A stretch of 61,033 nucleotides of DNA, the filler included, from Nemertoderma westbladi (lineage: Eukaryota > Animalia > Xenacoelomorpha), in assembly GCA_032718475.1 (NCBI GenBank). It is 3 parts of 3 records of this genome, joined end to end, with 100 filler letters (N's around TTAATTAATTAA, not from the genome) between each part and the next. Parts side by side here need not be neighbours in the genome. Positions count along the whole stretch, not along the records: positions 42,635 to 61,033 come from JAUCBJ010005807.1; 2 more parts are not named here. One strand, 5' to 3'. Shown here in pieces: positions 59,601-61,033 of this stretch (the first letter of the stretch is position 1; every line of letters starts with the position of its first letter). Below the pieces are notes generated by a model, which saw only the letters and a list, made by a program, of their open reading frames with translations, did not search any database and had not been told where the DNA came from. Made by a program: the position numbers and the translations under genes.

Positions 59601-61033
59601 GGATCCCCCTGGTGAGTTCACTCAGCCTATCACTAAAGCGGGATCCCATGGTGAGTTCACTCAGCCAATCACTAAAGCGGGATCCCCATGGTGAGTTCAC
59701 TCAGCCAATCACTAAAGCGGGATCCCCCTGGTGAGTTCACTCAGCCAATCACTAAAGCGGGATCCCATGGTGAGTTCACTCAGCCAATCACTAAAGCGGG
59801 ATCCCATGGTGAGTTCACTCAGCCAATCACTAAAGCGGGATCCCATGGTGAGTTGACTCAGCCAATCACTAAAGCGGGATCCCATGGTGAGTTGACTCAG
59901 CCAATCACTAAAGCGGGATCCCATGGTAAGTTCACTCAGCCAATCACACACTAAAGGGGGATCCTATGGTGAGTTCACTCAGCCAATCACTTAAGCGGGA
60001 TCCCATGGTGAGTTCACTCAGCCAATCACTTAAGCGGGATCCCCCTGGTGAGTTCACTCAGCCTATCACTAAAGCGGGATCCCATGGTGAGTTCACTCAG
60101 CCAATCACTAAAGCGGGATCCCATGGTGAGTTCACTCAGCCAATCACTAAAGCGGGATCCCATGGTGAGTTCACTCAGCCAATCACTAAAGCGGGATCCC
60201 ATGGTGAGTTGACTCAGCCAATCACTAAAGCGGGATCCCATGGTAAGTTCACTCAGCCAATCACACACTAAAGGGGGATCCTATGGTGAGTTCACTCAGC
60301 CAATCACTAAAGCGGGATCCCATGGTGAGTTCACTCAGCCAATCACTTAAGCGGGATCCCATGGTGAGTTCACTCAGCCAATCACTTAAGCGGGATCCCC
60401 CTGGTGAGTTCACTCAGCCAATCACACACTAAATGGGGATCCCATGGTGAGTTCACTCAGCTAATCACTAAAGGGGGATCCATGGTGAGTTCACTCAGCC
60501 AATCGCTAAAGCGGGATCCCATAGTGAGTTCACTCAGCCAATCACTAAAGCGGGATCCCATGGTGAGTTCACTCAGCCAATCACTAAAGCGGGATCCCAT
60601 GGTGAGTTCACTCAGCCAATCACTAAAGCGGGATCCCATGGTGAGTTCACTCAGCCAATCACTAAAGCGGGATCCCATGGTGAGTTGACTCAGCCAATCA
60701 CTAAAGCGGGATCCCATGGTAAGTTCACTCAGCCAATCACACACTAAAGGGGGATCCTATGGTGAGTTCACTCAGCCAATCACTAAAGCGGGATCCCATG
60801 GTGAGTTCACTCAGCCAATCACTTAAGCGGGATCCCATGGTGAGTTCACTCAGCCAATCACTTAAGCGGGATCCCCCTGGTGAGTTCACTCAGCCTATCA
60901 CTAAAGCGGGATCCCATGGTGAGTTCACTCAGCCAATCACTAAAGCGGGATCCCATGGTGAGTTCACTCAGCCAATCACTAAAGCGGGATCCCATGGTGA
61001 GTTCACTCAGCCAATCACTAAAGCGGGATCCCA
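53606..61033 (+). repeat. 39-bp satellite (about 190 units, running off the window) made of the USP10 exon end plus 5' splice site
   Basis: Unit CTCAGCCAATCACTAAAGCGGGATCCCATG|GT(G/A)AGTTCA, with variants of 38, 40 and 43 bp and higher-order duplications. Confidence 0.98.

Noticed and set aside
53569-60744. Dozens of short repetitive ORFs (MVSSLSQSLKRDP, MGSRFSDWLSELT)
   Set aside because: These are translations of the 39-bp satellite. Only the first units in the USP10 frame could be coding.
53606-61033. CRISPR-like appearance of the 39-bp and 42-bp arrays
   Set aside because: The units are head-to-tail with no unique spacers, there are no cas genes, and the context is eukaryotic and spliced.

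Overview
This is AT-rich, intron-containing genomic DNA from an invertebrate-like metazoan, with two 100-nt scaffold gaps (22730-22829 and 42535-42634). Host genes are the 3' exons of an NCAM/fasciclin-II-like gene (-), an enkurin with an intronless CDS (-), two small paralogous orphan ORFs sharing an LG[KR]VRHDLNWxDxP motif (-), a 4-exon TM/coiled-coil gene (+), POLE3/CHRAC17 exons 2-3 (-) and a partial USP10 (+). More than half of the window is repetitive. It includes a ~6.3 kb 42-bp minisatellite that grades out of the C-terminal tail of a dead transposase and holds a LINE with an intact ORF2, a four-level nested transposon cluster, a BEL/Pao 5' LTR plus gag, several LINE fragments and several MITEs. 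The most striking observation is the >7.4 kb 39-bp satellite at the right end. It is an amplified exon/intron junction of USP10: each unit is the last 30 exonic nt plus the GT(G/A)AGT donor, giving ~190 tandem 5' splice sites. The first five are in frame and stop-free, and nearly every unit carries an NF-Y-type CCAAT box. All calls were made by eye from the sequence and ORF track; no database searches were run.
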